Sequence record: DRR378314_2472
Length of the DNA: 20,000 bases
Direction: 5' to 3' (one strand)
The notes beneath the pieces were generated by a model, which searched no databases, had not been told where the DNA came from, and saw only the letters and a list, made by a program, of their open reading frames with translations. A program made the translations under genes and the position numbers. Positions 1-9,141 of this stretch are shown here, one piece after another. Position 1 is the first letter of the stretch. Each line of letters opens with the position of its first letter.

Positions 1-57
1 ACGGGTGAGTTGGCCAGCGCCCTGCTGAAAGACTTCTTCCGCGCTCGGCGGGGCTGA
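1..57 (+). CDS. tadA: 3' end of tRNA adenosine(34) deaminase / nucleoside deaminase (partial)
   Basis: Frame 1 reads TGELASALLKDFFRARRG*. LL..FF..RR is the typical TadA C-terminus. Only 18 codons are visible. Confidence 0.65.
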   Translation, partial: TGELASALLKDFFRARRG

Positions 58-88
58 GGCTGGATAATTTAGAGAGTGTGAGCGAGGC

Positions 89-1819
89 ATGACAGAACCG
101 GGTCACGAGATACTCATCAAGGATGCGGTCGTCTTCCTGTTCGCCGCGGGTGTCGTCGTACCCGTGTTCCGGTATCTCAAACTGCCCGCCGTGGTCGGCT
201 TCATGCTGTCCGGTATTGCACTCGGCCCGTATGCGTTGGGCCAGTTGGCGCATCAGTACCATTTCCTCGAATACTTTTCGATTTCAGAACCTGAAGCCGC
301 TGCGCCGTTTGCTGAACTTGGTGTGCTGTTCCTCTTGTTCCTGCTGGGCTTGGAGTTTTCGTTCGAGAAACTCTGGGGACTAAGGCGCGCTGTGTTTGGC
401 GCAGGCGGTTTGCAAGCCGGGGTCAGTGCGCTCGCCATAGGCCTGATCGCCTGGCAGGTGGGGCTGCCAGCAGAAGCGGCCATCATCTGCGGTCTTGCGC
501 TCGCACTTTCGTCCACTGCCATCGTCATGCAGTTGCTGATCGAGCAGAAACAGGCGGCCCAGCCGGTCGGGCGCGCCGCGCTGGCGGTTCTGCTGTTTCA
601 GGACATTCTCGTCGCGCCAATCCTGATCTTCGTGGGCTTCGTGAACATCGAAGCGGGTACGAACCTTACTGCCGTCCTTCTGGAAGCATTGGTCAATGGC
701 GTCATCGCGATTGTGGCGATCATGATCATCGGTCGTTTCGGATTGCGCCGCATGTTCAGTCTCGCCGCTGCTGCCGGGGGACGAGACTTCCTGATGGCGT
801 TAACCTTGCTGACCGTGGTCGGGGCAGCGGCCATTACCGCGACGGCTGGTCTGTCGCTTGCGCTTGGGGCGTTCCTTGCGGGGCTGTTGCTGGGCGAGAC
901 AGAGTTCAAGCACCAGACCGAAGTGGACCTTGAGCCATTCAAGGGCATCCTGCTTGGCTTATTCTTCATGACGGTCGGCATGGGTCTCGACTTGCCGTCG
1001 ATCCTGTCCCAGCCTTGGGTGATCCTGGCTGGACTGGGCGCATTGCTGTTGCTGAAACTGTTTATCGGATTTGGTGCCCTGCGCCTTTTTGCTGGCAAGA
1101 CGCCGATGTCGATCGAGGCGGCATTTCTTCTCGCGCCTGCGGGGGAATTTGCCTTTGTCGTGATTGCGGCAGCAACGGCTGTTGGCGCGTTGGCGCCCGA
1201 GCCCGGAGGGATGATGGCCGCGATTGCGGGCCTTTCCATGCTGTTGATCCCGATCCTGGGCAAGGTCGGTACGTTCATTGCGGATCGCCTGAGGGCGCAG
1301 GAACCTGCCCACACGCTGGAGGAAGACTTCTCTGACCTTGAGGGCCACGTCATCATTGCGGGCTTTGGCCGGGTAGGGCATGCGGTTGCCCGCATTCTGG
1401 CGGCGGAAGAGGCTGATGTGGTGGCGCTGGAACGCAGCGCGGTCAACGTGTCCCGCGCCCGAAACGCTGGCTGGCGTGCCTATCTGGGCGATGCGGCTCG
1501 CCCGGAAATCCTTCACAGCGCAGGCGCAGATGGCGCGCGCCTCTTCGTCGTCACCGTGGATGATGTGAGCGCCGCTGAGGGTATGGTGCGCGCTTTCCAC
1601 AAATTGCGGCCGGAAGTGCCAATCATTGCCCGCGCGCGGGACCACGAGCATGCCCAGCGCCTGATTGATGCCGGGGCCAAGGAAGTTATTCCGGATGCGG
1701 TCGAATCCGGCCTGCAAATGGCCGGGCGCACACTTCATGAGTTCGGCTATAATGATGAGACGATCCGCGACCGGTTGGCTGCGGAACGTGATGAGGAATA
1801 TCACCGCATCGGAACCTGA
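89..1819 (+). CDS. CPA2-family K+/H+ antiporter, KefB/KefC-like, with C-terminal KTN/RCK domain
   Basis: 576 aa with many hydrophobic helices. Motifs AELGVLFLLF..GLE, LSSTA, LLFQD, EPFKGILLGLFF; TrkA-N motif IIAGFGRVG and GDAARPEILHSAG. Confidence 0.93.
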   Translation: MTEPGHEILIKDAVVFLFAAGVVVPVFRYLKLPAVVGFMLSGIALGPYALGQLAHQYHFLEYFSISEPEAAAPFAELGVLFLLFLLGLEFSFEKLWGLRRAVFGAGGLQAGVSALAIGLIAWQVGLPAEAAIICGLALALSSTAIVMQLLIEQKQAAQPVGRAALAVLLFQDILVAPILIFVGFVNIEAGTNLTAVLLEALVNGVIAIVAIMIIGRFGLRRMFSLAAAAGGRDFLMALTLLTVVGAAAITATAGLSLALGAFLAGLLLGETEFKHQTEVDLEPFKGILLGLFFMTVGMGLDLPSILSQPWVILAGLGALLLLKLFIGFGALRLFAGKTPMSIEAAFLLAPAGEFAFVVIAAATAVGALAPEPGGMMAAIAGLSMLLIPILGKVGTFIADRLRAQEPAHTLEEDFSDLEGHVIIAGFGRVGHAVARILAAEEADVVALERSAVNVSRARNAGWRAYLGDAARPEILHSAGADGARLFVVTVDDVSAAEGMVRAFHKLRPEVPIIARARDHEHAQRLIDAGAKEVIPDAVESGLQMAGRTLHEFGYNDETIRDRLAAERDEEYHRIGT

Positions 1820-1826
1820 TGGTCCG

Positions 1827-2396
1827 CTACAGCCATCCCGCCGTTTCAGCGATCAGCCAAATTCCAAGCGCGAGGAATAACAGTGCCGCGAGCCGCCTGA
1901 CCACGCTGAGGGGCACGCGCCGGATTACCACTTCGCCAAAGTAAACCGCTGGCACATTGGCCAGCATCATTCCGACTGTCGTGCCGAGCGTGACCAGCGC
2001 AACTTGCTCAAACTGGGCGCCTAGCGCGATCGTCGCCACCTGCGTCTTGTCACCCATCTCCACCAGGAAAAAGGTGATCAGTGTCGTGAGGAAGGCGCCG
2101 TTTCGCATACGAGGGCGCTCATCTTCGTCCAGCTTGTCGGGGATCAGCGTCCAGGCCGCCATCAACAGGAAAGATGCGGCAATCAGATACCGAAACCAGT
2201 CTCCTTCAAGAAATGCGGCGGCTTGCGATCCGATCAGTGCTGCGAGAAAGTGATTTGCGATTGTGGCAGCGAATATCCCGGCAATAATCGCGAGCGGCTT
2301 TCGAAATTGCACAGCCAGCAGGATGGCGAGTAATTGTGTCTTGTCGCCGATTTCCGCGAGCGCGACCACGAGTGTGGAGGTGAGAAGGGCTTCCAT
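1827..2396 (-). CDS. TMEM165/GDT1 (UPF0016) family putative Mn2+ exporter
   Basis: Two E-x-G-D-K-T-Q motifs (AEIGDKTQL, VEMGDKTQV), hydrophobic 189 aa, GGAG RBS upstream, preceded by a yybP-ykoY riboswitch. Confidence 0.95.
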   Translation of the reverse strand: MEALLTSTLVVALAEIGDKTQLLAILLAVQFRKPLAIIAGIFAATIANHFLAALIGSQAAAFLEGDWFRYLIAASFLLMAAWTLIPDKLDEDERPRMRNGAFLTTLITFFLVEMGDKTQVATIALGAQFEQVALVTLGTTVGMMLANVPAVYFGEVVIRRVPLSVVRRLAALLFLALGIWLIAETAGWL

Positions 2397-2472
2397 GAAT
2401 GGCGGTCTCCAGGCCGGGCAATACTAACGCAATGACACCAGCTTCCCGTGCCCGGCCCGAGCAGGAAAGTGG

Positions 2473-2586
2473 CGTCATTGGTCTCGCCCGAACGGTTGCC
2501 CGCTCCCTTCGCGCCACGACCTGTTGGCCGAGTATGTTGACGCGGAGGCCCGATCATCAGACCGGCTGGCTACTCCCCAAGTGACG
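2473..2586 (-). ncRNA. yybP-ykoY manganese riboswitch
   Basis: Minus strand reads TTGGGGAGTAGC...CGTCAACATACT...CGTGGCG...GGCGAGACCAATGAC, the hallmark segments of this class. It lies upstream of a UPF0016 gene, a known association. Confidence 0.92.
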
Positions 2587-2605
2587 GGGCTCTCGTATCG
2601 CCTGC

Positions 2606-3520
2606 TCAGGTGGAAGGCAAGCGCGGCAGAATATCCTCCACCGTTTCCAGAATAAGCGACCGCAACCAGGACAAGGCAGCATCCTCAGAATTCTCTCGCC
2701 GCCAGTAGAGTTCGCTGTCCAGCGGCGGGAAAACGCCGGGCAATTCATGAGTCACCAATCCCGGTGCCGGGGCCATCAATGCTGGCAGGGTAAGCGCCAG
2801 GTCGGTCTGACGCACAATCTCCATCGCAGGCATGTAATGCGGCAGTCGCATGACGGGCGTGATGCGGGCGCCATGCGTCCGCGCGACCTCCTCAACGTAG
2901 GAGCGGCCCTCCCGGCGACTGGACACGACAACATGGCGAAGCTCCAAATAGGCTTCAAAACTCATCTCTGTGCCAGCCTGCGGATGGTCTTCCGAGACGA
3001 CGCACACATAGGGCGTCGTCATCAATTGCTCGCGTTCAAGGTCAGTGCCGCGAATGCCAGGCACATCAATCGCCAGGTCCAGGCGACCTGAGGCGAGTTC
3101 GGAAGAGATTGCCCCGCGATTGAGTTGCGTCCAGGCAATCCTAACCCCTGGCGCGTCGACTTGCAGGCGTTGGGCAAGGCGAGGCGCGATCATGAACGCG
3201 CCTGCATCGCGCGCCGAGATGTTGAACACACGCGTTGACCGGGAAGGCTCGAACGCCGATCTTGGCTCTAGCCCGGCGCGCAATCTGTCCAGCGCGTCGC
3301 GTACAGCGGGCATCAGCGCTTCGGCCATTGCGGTTGGCTTCACGCCGCGCCCTTCGCGCACAAACAGCGGATCCTCGAAATGTGTGCGCAGCCGCGCCAA
3401 GGCATTGCTGACGGCCGGTTGGGTGATGTGTAGGAATTCGCTCGCCCGTGTCAGGCTGCGTTCAGTGTAGACAGCCTCCAGTACGGGCAGCAGGTTCAGG
3501 TCCAGCGATCTGAGGTTCAT
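2606..3520 (-). CDS. LysR-type transcriptional regulator (NodD/NahR/DntR-like)
   Basis: N-terminal HTH LDLNLL...SLTRASEFLHITQPAVSNALARLR, DPLFVR, C-terminal WLR. ATG at 3520 is preceded by GGAG and preferred over TTG 3532. Confidence 0.95.
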   Translation of the reverse strand: MNLRSLDLNLLPVLEAVYTERSLTRASEFLHITQPAVSNALARLRTHFEDPLFVREGRGVKPTAMAEALMPAVRDALDRLRAGLEPRSAFEPSRSTRVFNISARDAGAFMIAPRLAQRLQVDAPGVRIAWTQLNRGAISSELASGRLDLAIDVPGIRGTDLEREQLMTTPYVCVVSEDHPQAGTEMSFEAYLELRHVVVSSRREGRSYVEEVARTHGARITPVMRLPHYMPAMEIVRQTDLALTLPALMAPAPGLVTHELPGVFPPLDSELYWRRENSEDAALSWLRSLILETVEDILPRLPST

Positions 3521-3534
3521 GGCGCGCTCCAATT

Positions 3535-3551
3535 CATCACCAGCGGTGATG
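3535..3551. promoter_or_regulatory. LysR recognition site (T-N11-A palindrome CATCACC-AGC-GGTGATG)
   Basis: Perfect 7-bp inverted repeat with T3537-N11-A3549, immediately upstream of the lysR start. Confidence 0.7.
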
Positions 3552-3675
3552 TGAAGTCTTCATATAATAAATTTCCCGAATGATCGAGCGCGCGTTATCG
3601 TCACCGCCAGAATAGAGGTGGTGAATGAGCGCGGCGAGAACGCCCACACAATTGGAAAGCCTGTGCGCGGCGGCT

Positions 3676-4422
3676 CTAGAGCCAGCCCGCGGCGCGCATC
3701 AGCAGCACCACGCCCACAGCCGTCACAAGATATTTCATGCCGCGTTTGAAGTTCAGATCGCTCATCCGGTCCAACACCTTGCCGCCCAAGGTCGTGCCCA
3801 GCATGGAGAGCGGCACCGCCGCAAGGATCAGCCAGGCTGGCGGCAGCATCTTGATGCCGGACGCCATGATGACGGGTACACTCCAGAAGATGATCTTCAC
3901 AAAATGCGCCAGGACCTGCGTCACGGCCTTTGTCGCAACGATCTGATGGCGCGTCATCGCCGTGTTCACGAAGAACTGGTCCATCAGTGGCCCGGCAACC
4001 CCGGCGACGGTGTTCAGCGCCTGCACGACAAATCCGGCACCCTCGGCCTGGAACCGTTTCTGGATATTGAGATCCGCGACCGATTTCGGCAGCCATACCA
4101 GCAGGGTCACGAGACCCAACATCAGGTAGACCATCTGCTTGTCTGGTCGCCAGCTCAGCGCGAAGAGCAATCCAATCGCCGCGACCGAGCCGAGCGCGTA
4201 GCGCCGGAAAATGGTCCAGTCGATATGCTCTCGCCAAAGATAGGCCCGGTAGCCATTCGCCACCATTTGCACGGTGCCGTGGATGATCATGGCGGTGGCC
4301 ACGGGAACCAGCGCAGCCAGCACACCCATGAAGATGATGCCGCCAGCCATGCCAAATATGCCCGACAGGAAACTCGTGGCCAACACAGTGACGAGAATGA
4401 TGGCGGCAGATATCGGGCTCAT
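3676..4422 (-). CDS. TauE/SafE (TSUP) family membrane transporter
   Basis: 248 aa hydrophobic protein with SGIFGMAGG near the N-terminus, GVAGP in the second half and GTTLGGKVL near the C-terminus. Confidence 0.88.
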   Translation of the reverse strand: MSPISAAIILVTVLATSFLSGIFGMAGGIIFMGVLAALVPVATAMIIHGTVQMVANGYRAYLWREHIDWTIFRRYALGSVAAIGLLFALSWRPDKQMVYLMLGLVTLLVWLPKSVADLNIQKRFQAEGAGFVVQALNTVAGVAGPLMDQFFVNTAMTRHQIVATKAVTQVLAHFVKIIFWSVPVIMASGIKMLPPAWLILAAVPLSMLGTTLGGKVLDRMSDLNFKRGMKYLVTAVGVVLLMRAAGWL

Positions 4423-4573
4423 GGTGCCGACCTAGACCCGTTTGTCGGAAAACGCGACCCCGGACGCAGGTGGGCAGCCACCGACACAAAACATTTCATA
4501 GAAACAATTTGCGGTGCTGCAGCCGCAAGGCGTACCATTCCCCCAACAACACAGTCTGAGAGGAGACACCGAA

Positions 4574-5875
4574 ATGGCGGATACTGAAACGTCCATGGAC
4601 GTCCAGAATGACCTGAATGATTTGCGCATGTCGGATGCGGCCGTGCCGCTTTACGAGCATGTGAAGACCTTCATTCGCGACGTCGTGAACCCAATGAGCG
4701 AGGAATTTCATCGCCTCGGCGAAGGCAAGACCGACATCTGGTCCTATGCACCCGGCCAGTTGGAAGCGCTGGAAAAGGCCAAGGACGAGGCCAAAAAACA
4801 GGGCCTCTGGAATTTCTTCCTGCCTGACGCCGAAACCGGCGAAGGCCTGAAGAACCTTGACTATGCCTATATCGCGGCAGAGTTGGGCAAGAACCCGCTG
4901 GCGTCCGAGACGATGAACTGCTCCGCGCCGGATACCGGCAATATGGAAGTTCTGGAGCGTGTCGGCACGCCGGAACAGAAAGAGCGCTGGCTGAAGCCAT
5001 TGCTGAATGGTGAGATCCGTTCCGCCTTCGCGATGACAGAACCAGCCCTGCCATCATCCGACGCCAAGAACGTGTCCATGAGCGCCGTTCTGGAAGGTGA
5101 TGAATGGGTCATCAATGGCGAGAAATTCTATATTTCCGGCGCTGGCGACCCGCGCTGCAAGATCATGATCTGTATGGTGAAGACCAGCCCGGACGCAGAG
5201 CCGAACAAGCAGCAAAGCCAAATCCTCGTGCCGTTGCCGCATCCGGGTGTTACGATCCTCGGCCCGATGCACGTCTTCGGTGATCCGGACGCGCCGCATG
5301 GCCACATGCACATCCGTTTTGAAAACGTTCGTGTGCCAAAGGAAAACATTCTGCTCGGCGAAGGGCGCGGCTTCGAAATTTCCCAGCTGCGTCTGGGGCC
5401 AGGCCGCATCCACCACTGCATGCGTTCGCTCGGCGCAGCCGAAAAGGCGCTGGACATGATGGTTGTGCGCGGCATGACACGTCAGGCCTTTGGCCGTGAC
5501 CTGATCAAGCTGGGCGGCAACATCGAGAAAGTTTCCCGCGCACGTATCGAGATTGAATCCATGCGCATGATGGTGCTGAAAGCTGCCAAGGCGATGGACG
5601 TTCTGGGCAACAAGGAGGCCCGCGTCTGGATTTCCATGGTCAAGGCGATGGTGCCGGAGCGCGTGTGCGCCATCATCGATGATGCCATCCAGATGCACGG
5701 CGCTGCCGGTGTGTCGCAATGGACGCCGCTGGCGCGCATGTATGCCAATCAGCGGACCCTGCGTCTCGCGGACGGCCCGGACGAAGTGCACCACATGGTC
5801 GTCGGCCGCGCCGAAACCCGCAAATACACGGGCGAAGAAGAAGATCCGGCGATGGCCGCTGTCTGGCGGAAGTAA
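4574..5875 (+). CDS. Acyl-CoA dehydrogenase (ACAD10/11, FadE2-like)
   Basis: Motifs NCSAPDTGNMEVL, AFAMTEP..SSDA, RLGPGRIHHCMR, IQMHGAAG, LRLADGPDEVH. AGGAG RBS at 4561-4565 supports ATG 4574. Confidence 0.95.
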   Translation: MADTETSMDVQNDLNDLRMSDAAVPLYEHVKTFIRDVVNPMSEEFHRLGEGKTDIWSYAPGQLEALEKAKDEAKKQGLWNFFLPDAETGEGLKNLDYAYIAAELGKNPLASETMNCSAPDTGNMEVLERVGTPEQKERWLKPLLNGEIRSAFAMTEPALPSSDAKNVSMSAVLEGDEWVINGEKFYISGAGDPRCKIMICMVKTSPDAEPNKQQSQILVPLPHPGVTILGPMHVFGDPDAPHGHMHIRFENVRVPKENILLGEGRGFEISQLRLGPGRIHHCMRSLGAAEKALDMMVVRGMTRQAFGRDLIKLGGNIEKVSRARIEIESMRMMVLKAAKAMDVLGNKEARVWISMVKAMVPERVCAIIDDAIQMHGAAGVSQWTPLARMYANQRTLRLADGPDEVHHMVVGRAETRKYTGEEEDPAMAAVWRK

Positions 5876-5898
5876 GCCCGACGCAATTTGAATTGATG

Positions 5899-5930
5899 GG
5901 CGCGGTTCCTTGCGGGACCGCGCCTTTCTT
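5899..5930 (+). terminator. Intrinsic terminator after the acyl-CoA dehydrogenase gene
   Basis: GGCGCGGTTCC-TTGC-GGGACCGCGCC stem-loop followed by TTTCTT. Confidence 0.85.
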
Positions 5931-6002
5931 GTATGCGGCTGGATGATTGTCGCTATCTAGCCCAAATTCGGCTAGCATTGTCCTCTTGGTAGGGAGGACG
6001 CC

Positions 6003-6485
6003 ATGATAAGACTGTCGAAAATAATGCTCATCGTGCTTGTCGGGCTACAGGGCCTGTTTTACGCGCTCAACAACATCGTGAACTTTGGGGCCGCGAAGGG
6101 ATTCGTTCAGGGCGTCCTGCCAATGGAAGGGAATGAGGCCTATCCAAATGCGTTCGGGCCAGGAATTTCATCACCCGCTCTCATCACAATTATCCTGTGT
6201 TTCATAATTGTCGGAGAATTGCTCGTGGCCGCCTTCTCGCTGAGAGGGGCGTTCGACATGGTCCGGGTGCGTAGTGGATCGGCTGAGCGATTCAACGATG
6301 CGAAAACTTGGGCGATCATGGGCTGTGTCATGGCGCTGCTCGTCTGGTTTGGGCTGTTCATGGTGATTGGCGGTGCGTACTTCCAGATGTGGCAGACCCC
6401 GCTGGGCGCCGCCGCGCAGGGAGGCGCTTTCCAATATGCCATCTCCAGCGGTATCGTTCTCTTGTTCGTGAACGCGCCGGACTGA
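6003..6485 (+). CDS. DUF2165 family small integral membrane protein
   Basis: Four hydrophobic segments, N-terminal NNI..., F.VIGG.YF.MWQ motif, GGAGG RBS. Confidence 0.8.
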   Translation: MIRLSKIMLIVLVGLQGLFYALNNIVNFGAAKGFVQGVLPMEGNEAYPNAFGPGISSPALITIILCFIIVGELLVAAFSLRGAFDMVRVRSGSAERFNDAKTWAIMGCVMALLVWFGLFMVIGGAYFQMWQTPLGAAAQGGAFQYAISSGIVLLFVNAPD

Positions 6486-6491
6486 CGCCGC

Positions 6492-7394
6492 CTAAAACGG
6501 CACGTTCGGATCGTCTTCGCCCGGATCGCCAATTTCCAGACCGGCGAAGTCGAACACACGCGGATCATGCAGATGGCTCGGCCGCACGGTGGCGAGCGCA
6601 TGGGCCATCACCTGCCGCACGCCCGGCTTCTTCTTCTCCCATTCGTCCAGCATTTGCTTCATCGCCACGCGCTGCAAACCGTCCTGGCTGCCGCAGAGAT
6701 TGCAGGGGATGATCGGGAACTCCATCGCCTCGGCAAACTTCGCAAGATCGTCTTCCGCCGCCGTAATCAGCGGGCGAAGCACAAAGACGTCGCCCTCGTC
6801 ATTCAGCAGTTTTGGCGGCATCGCGGCAAGCCGTCCGCCATGCACGAAATTCATCATGAAGGTCTCCAGCGCATCGTCCCGGTGATGGCCGAGCACGATG
6901 GCATCACAGCCTTCCTCCCGCGCGATGCGATAGAGAATGCCCCGGCGCAGGCGGGAGCACATGGCGCAGAAGGTCCGTCCTTCCGGCACCTTCTCGGTCA
7001 CGATGGAATAAGTGTCTTGTGTCTCGATCCGGTAAGGCACGCCAACCGTGTCCAGCCAGTCAGGCAGAACATGTTTCGGAAAGCCCGGCTGGCCCTGGTC
7101 CAGATTGCACGCGACGAGGTCCACCGGCAGCGCGCCCTGCCATTGCAGATCCAGCAGCACGGCCAGCAGGCCATAGGAATCCTTGCCGCCGGACAGGCAG
7201 ACCAGCCATTTCGGCCGTTTCGCCTCACCGGCATCCACCGCCCGCCGGTCGACCATCTTGTAGTCATCAATTGCTTTCAGCGCGCCGCGCACCAGCCGCT
7301 TGCGCAGCTTCTTGAAGCTGACACCGGACGGCGCATCTGCGAACAGCGGCGGTGCCGCGGTGAAGGTGGACGTATCATCTGCCATGCGCGCCAT
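6492..7394 (-). CDS. ttcA: tRNA 2-thiocytidine(32) synthetase (start may be 7385)
   Basis: PP-loop [49 protein letters not shown]. Confidence 0.96.
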   Translation of the reverse strand: MARMADDTSTFTAAPPLFADAPSGVSFKKLRKRLVRGALKAIDDYKMVDRRAVDAGEAKRPKWLVCLSGGKDSYGLLAVLLDLQWQGALPVDLVACNLDQGQPGFPKHVLPDWLDTVGVPYRIETQDTYSIVTEKVPEGRTFCAMCSRLRRGILYRIAREEGCDAIVLGHHRDDALETFMMNFVHGGRLAAMPPKLLNDEGDVFVLRPLITAAEDDLAKFAEAMEFPIIPCNLCGSQDGLQRVAMKQMLDEWEKKKPGVRQVMAHALATVRPSHLHDPRVFDFAGLEIGDPGEDDPNVPF

Positions 7395-7442
7395 ATCTCA
7401 CGGGCCGGGTTTCCCGCGCAAGCATTTCGCGCGGTTGGCCGG

Positions 7443-7904
7443 TCAATCCGCAGCGCCAACCTGTTGCTGGTAACGTGCCGTGAGCTCGACCAGGGCAAGC
7501 GCCAGGGCGTGGCCCGCAAGGCCGACCGTCCACCAGATTGTCGGCGTCAGCATGGCGTAGCGCTCTCCGCCAATGCTCAGGCTGATTCCCGCGAAGACGA
7601 TCATGCCGAACAGATAGCTGGCCAGATGGATGAAGAAGCCGAGCCGCATCGCGGCGGTCGCCTTGGCGTTCTTTTCGCGGATCATGGCCTCTGCTTCGGT
7701 CTTCGCATCCACCGTCAGCGCCATGACATCGACGTTGAACGCCGCCGCCAACGCCTTCAGGGAGTCGCCAGAGGCCTTTTCGCCCGTCTCGATCCGCTGC
7801 ACCGTGCGCACGCCAATCCCCGCGAGCTCGGCCAGATGTTCCTGTGACCAGTGGCGCTCTTCGCGCCAGCGTTTGATTTTGGCGGCATCAGCATCGAATT
7901 GCAT
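7443..7904 (-). CDS. XRE-family HTH regulator with C-terminal 2TM domain
   Basis: HTH_3-like WSQEHLAELAGIGVRTVQRIE..LKALAAAF; C-terminal GFFIHLASY...W..GLAGHA with two hydrophobic helices; GGAAGGGG RBS. Confidence 0.88.
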   Translation of the reverse strand: MQFDADAAKIKRWREERHWSQEHLAELAGIGVRTVQRIETGEKASGDSLKALAAAFNVDVMALTVDAKTEAEAMIREKNAKATAAMRLGFFIHLASYLFGMIVFAGISLSIGGERYAMLTPTIWWTVGLAGHALALALVELTARYQQQVGAAD

Positions 7905-7971
7905 GTGTGTTCCCCTTCCATGGGCTGTTTGTAACCGCGTTCAGAATGGGGAGAAAGCCCTTGTCCGGCCA

Positions 7972-8020
7972 CGTCATGACGCCGTCACGAGCCTGCCAGA
8001 GGCCCGCCAGCGACCCGTCA
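7972..8020. repeat. Five YGYCA motifs at an exact 11-bp period upstream of the XRE-2TM gene
   Basis: CGTCA 7972, CGTCA 7983, TGCCA 7994, CGCCA 8005, CGTCA 8016. Confidence 0.7.
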
Positions 8021-8094
8021 CACAGGGGCGGCCAGCCAGACGTGCGTGCGGCGTACATCCGTCCGCGTCTGGACCCATGCGGGAAATATGCGGC

Positions 8095-8583
8095 TTAGTC
8101 CTCGGCGGCGACGGGGGCGCAGGTCGCGTCAGAGACATGCGACGAAACCGCGTGCCAGCCATCGGCGGTGCGCCGCAACGTGTTGGAAGATGTGTAGCTG
8201 TGCTGGCACGGCGTGCCGTCTTCGGTCTCGCGCGTACTCAGGCCGCGTCCGTAGACTAATGCGGAGTCCGACGTAAGGAAGATCACGTCATCCACCTCAA
8301 ACCTGAAATCCTCCGGCGCGGTCCAGCTATGCTCGCGCATCCAGTCCACTTCATCTGCCTTCGTGCGCACGCCGCCGCCAATCAGTACGAAATCATCAGC
8401 CAGGAACGCGGCCAACGCGTCTGCATCATTTGCCGCATAGATCCCTGGCCATGTGTCTGATTTCAGCGCGCGCAGTACCGCCTCTTCCTGCGCAAGATCA
8501 GGTGCCGGTGCGGCGGACGTGTCGGTACACGCTCCCAACAGGATCAGCAGGCCAACAAGCGGCAGTTTCGAACGTGCAAGCAT
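8095..8583 (-). CDS. DUF4440 / NTF2-like fold lipoprotein
   Basis: Signal peptide with lipobox LLGAC, DADALAAFLADDFVLI..G, C-terminal GWHAVSSHVS, GGAGG RBS. Confidence 0.8.
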   Translation of the reverse strand: MLARSKLPLVGLLILLGACTDTSAAPAPDLAQEEAVLRALKSDTWPGIYAANDADALAAFLADDFVLIGGGVRTKADEVDWMREHSWTAPEDFRFEVDDVIFLTSDSALVYGRGLSTRETEDGTPCQHSYTSSNTLRRTADGWHAVSSHVSDATCAPVAAED

Positions 8584-8658
8584 GGTCTGGTTCCTCCGGG
8601 GTATGGCCTCCGTATCACCCTAGCAAACAGGGTGCACGGGCCAAGCAGAAAACCCGGC

Positions 8659-9084
8659 CTAGCGCGCCAGGAACGGGATTCGGAACATGCGTTTCAGCTT
8701 CCACCAGAAGCGCAGGCGCGCATTGTTCGGCGCATCATTGTGGCCGCGCGGGATGAGGATGTCATTCATGCGCGGCTGGTAGCGGCGGATCAGGTCTTCC
8801 TCGATCCGCGCGCGATCGGATTCCTTCTTGATCACCAGCACGTGCCGCTCGGTCGCGCCGCGCTTCCACCAGGCTTCCCACCAGCGTTCATGGCCGATCA
8901 GCCGGTTCTTGAAGTTCGCGGCCTTGCCGATGTAGAGCGGGAACAGAAAGAAGACGAAGCGGCGCTGTACGAACACATAGACGCCGCCCTGATCCGGCAG
9001 GCCCTTGGGCGTCAGCGTGATCTTGAAGCGATACGGCCGGCCGGATTCGCCCCACCACGTATGCCATCCGAACAATATCCACAT
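8659..9084 (-). CDS. Stand-alone GIY-YIG superfamily nuclease (141 aa)
   Basis: GGVYVF...LYIGKA motif pair, NRL..H, IEEDLI, PRMN, so the Tyr/Arg/Glu/Asn positions are all present. GGAGG RBS before ATG 9084, preferred over TTG 9123. Confidence 0.8.
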   Translation of the reverse strand: MWILFGWHTWWGESGRPYRFKITLTPKGLPDQGGVYVFVQRRFVFFLFPLYIGKAANFKNRLIGHERWWEAWWKRGATERHVLVIKKESDRARIEEDLIRRYQPRMNDILIPRGHNDAPNNARLRFWWKLKRMFRIPFLAR

Positions 9085-9125
9085 GAGCCTGACCCTCCAC
9101 AATTGCGCGAAGCTCTCCTGCAACG

Positions 9126-9141
9126 GTTAATCAGCCGTTAA
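9126..9141 (-). promoter_or_regulatory. CtrA binding site TTAA-N7-TTAAC
   Basis: Minus strand TTAAcggctgaTTAAC about 42 bp upstream of the GIY-YIG ATG, plus an extra half-site TTAACC at 9197-9202. Confidence 0.78.

Noticed and set aside
3625..4587. 320-aa + strand ORF as a real protein
   Set aside because: It is the in-register antisense shadow of tauE with His/Arg/Gln-rich composition. Such frames stay open in GC-rich DNA. Only its start signals are kept as a finding.
5957..5975. CTAGCC-N7-GGCTAG inverted repeat before DUF2165
   Set aside because: The arms are only 6 bp and could arise by chance. No regulator can be assigned.
6567..7847. 426-aa + strand ORF, and similar long ORFs such as 14264-15367, 959-1804 and 5054-5794
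   Set aside because: They are antisense shadows of confidently identified genes (ttcA/xre, recA, kef, acyl-CoA dehydrogenase) and show no recognisable motifs.
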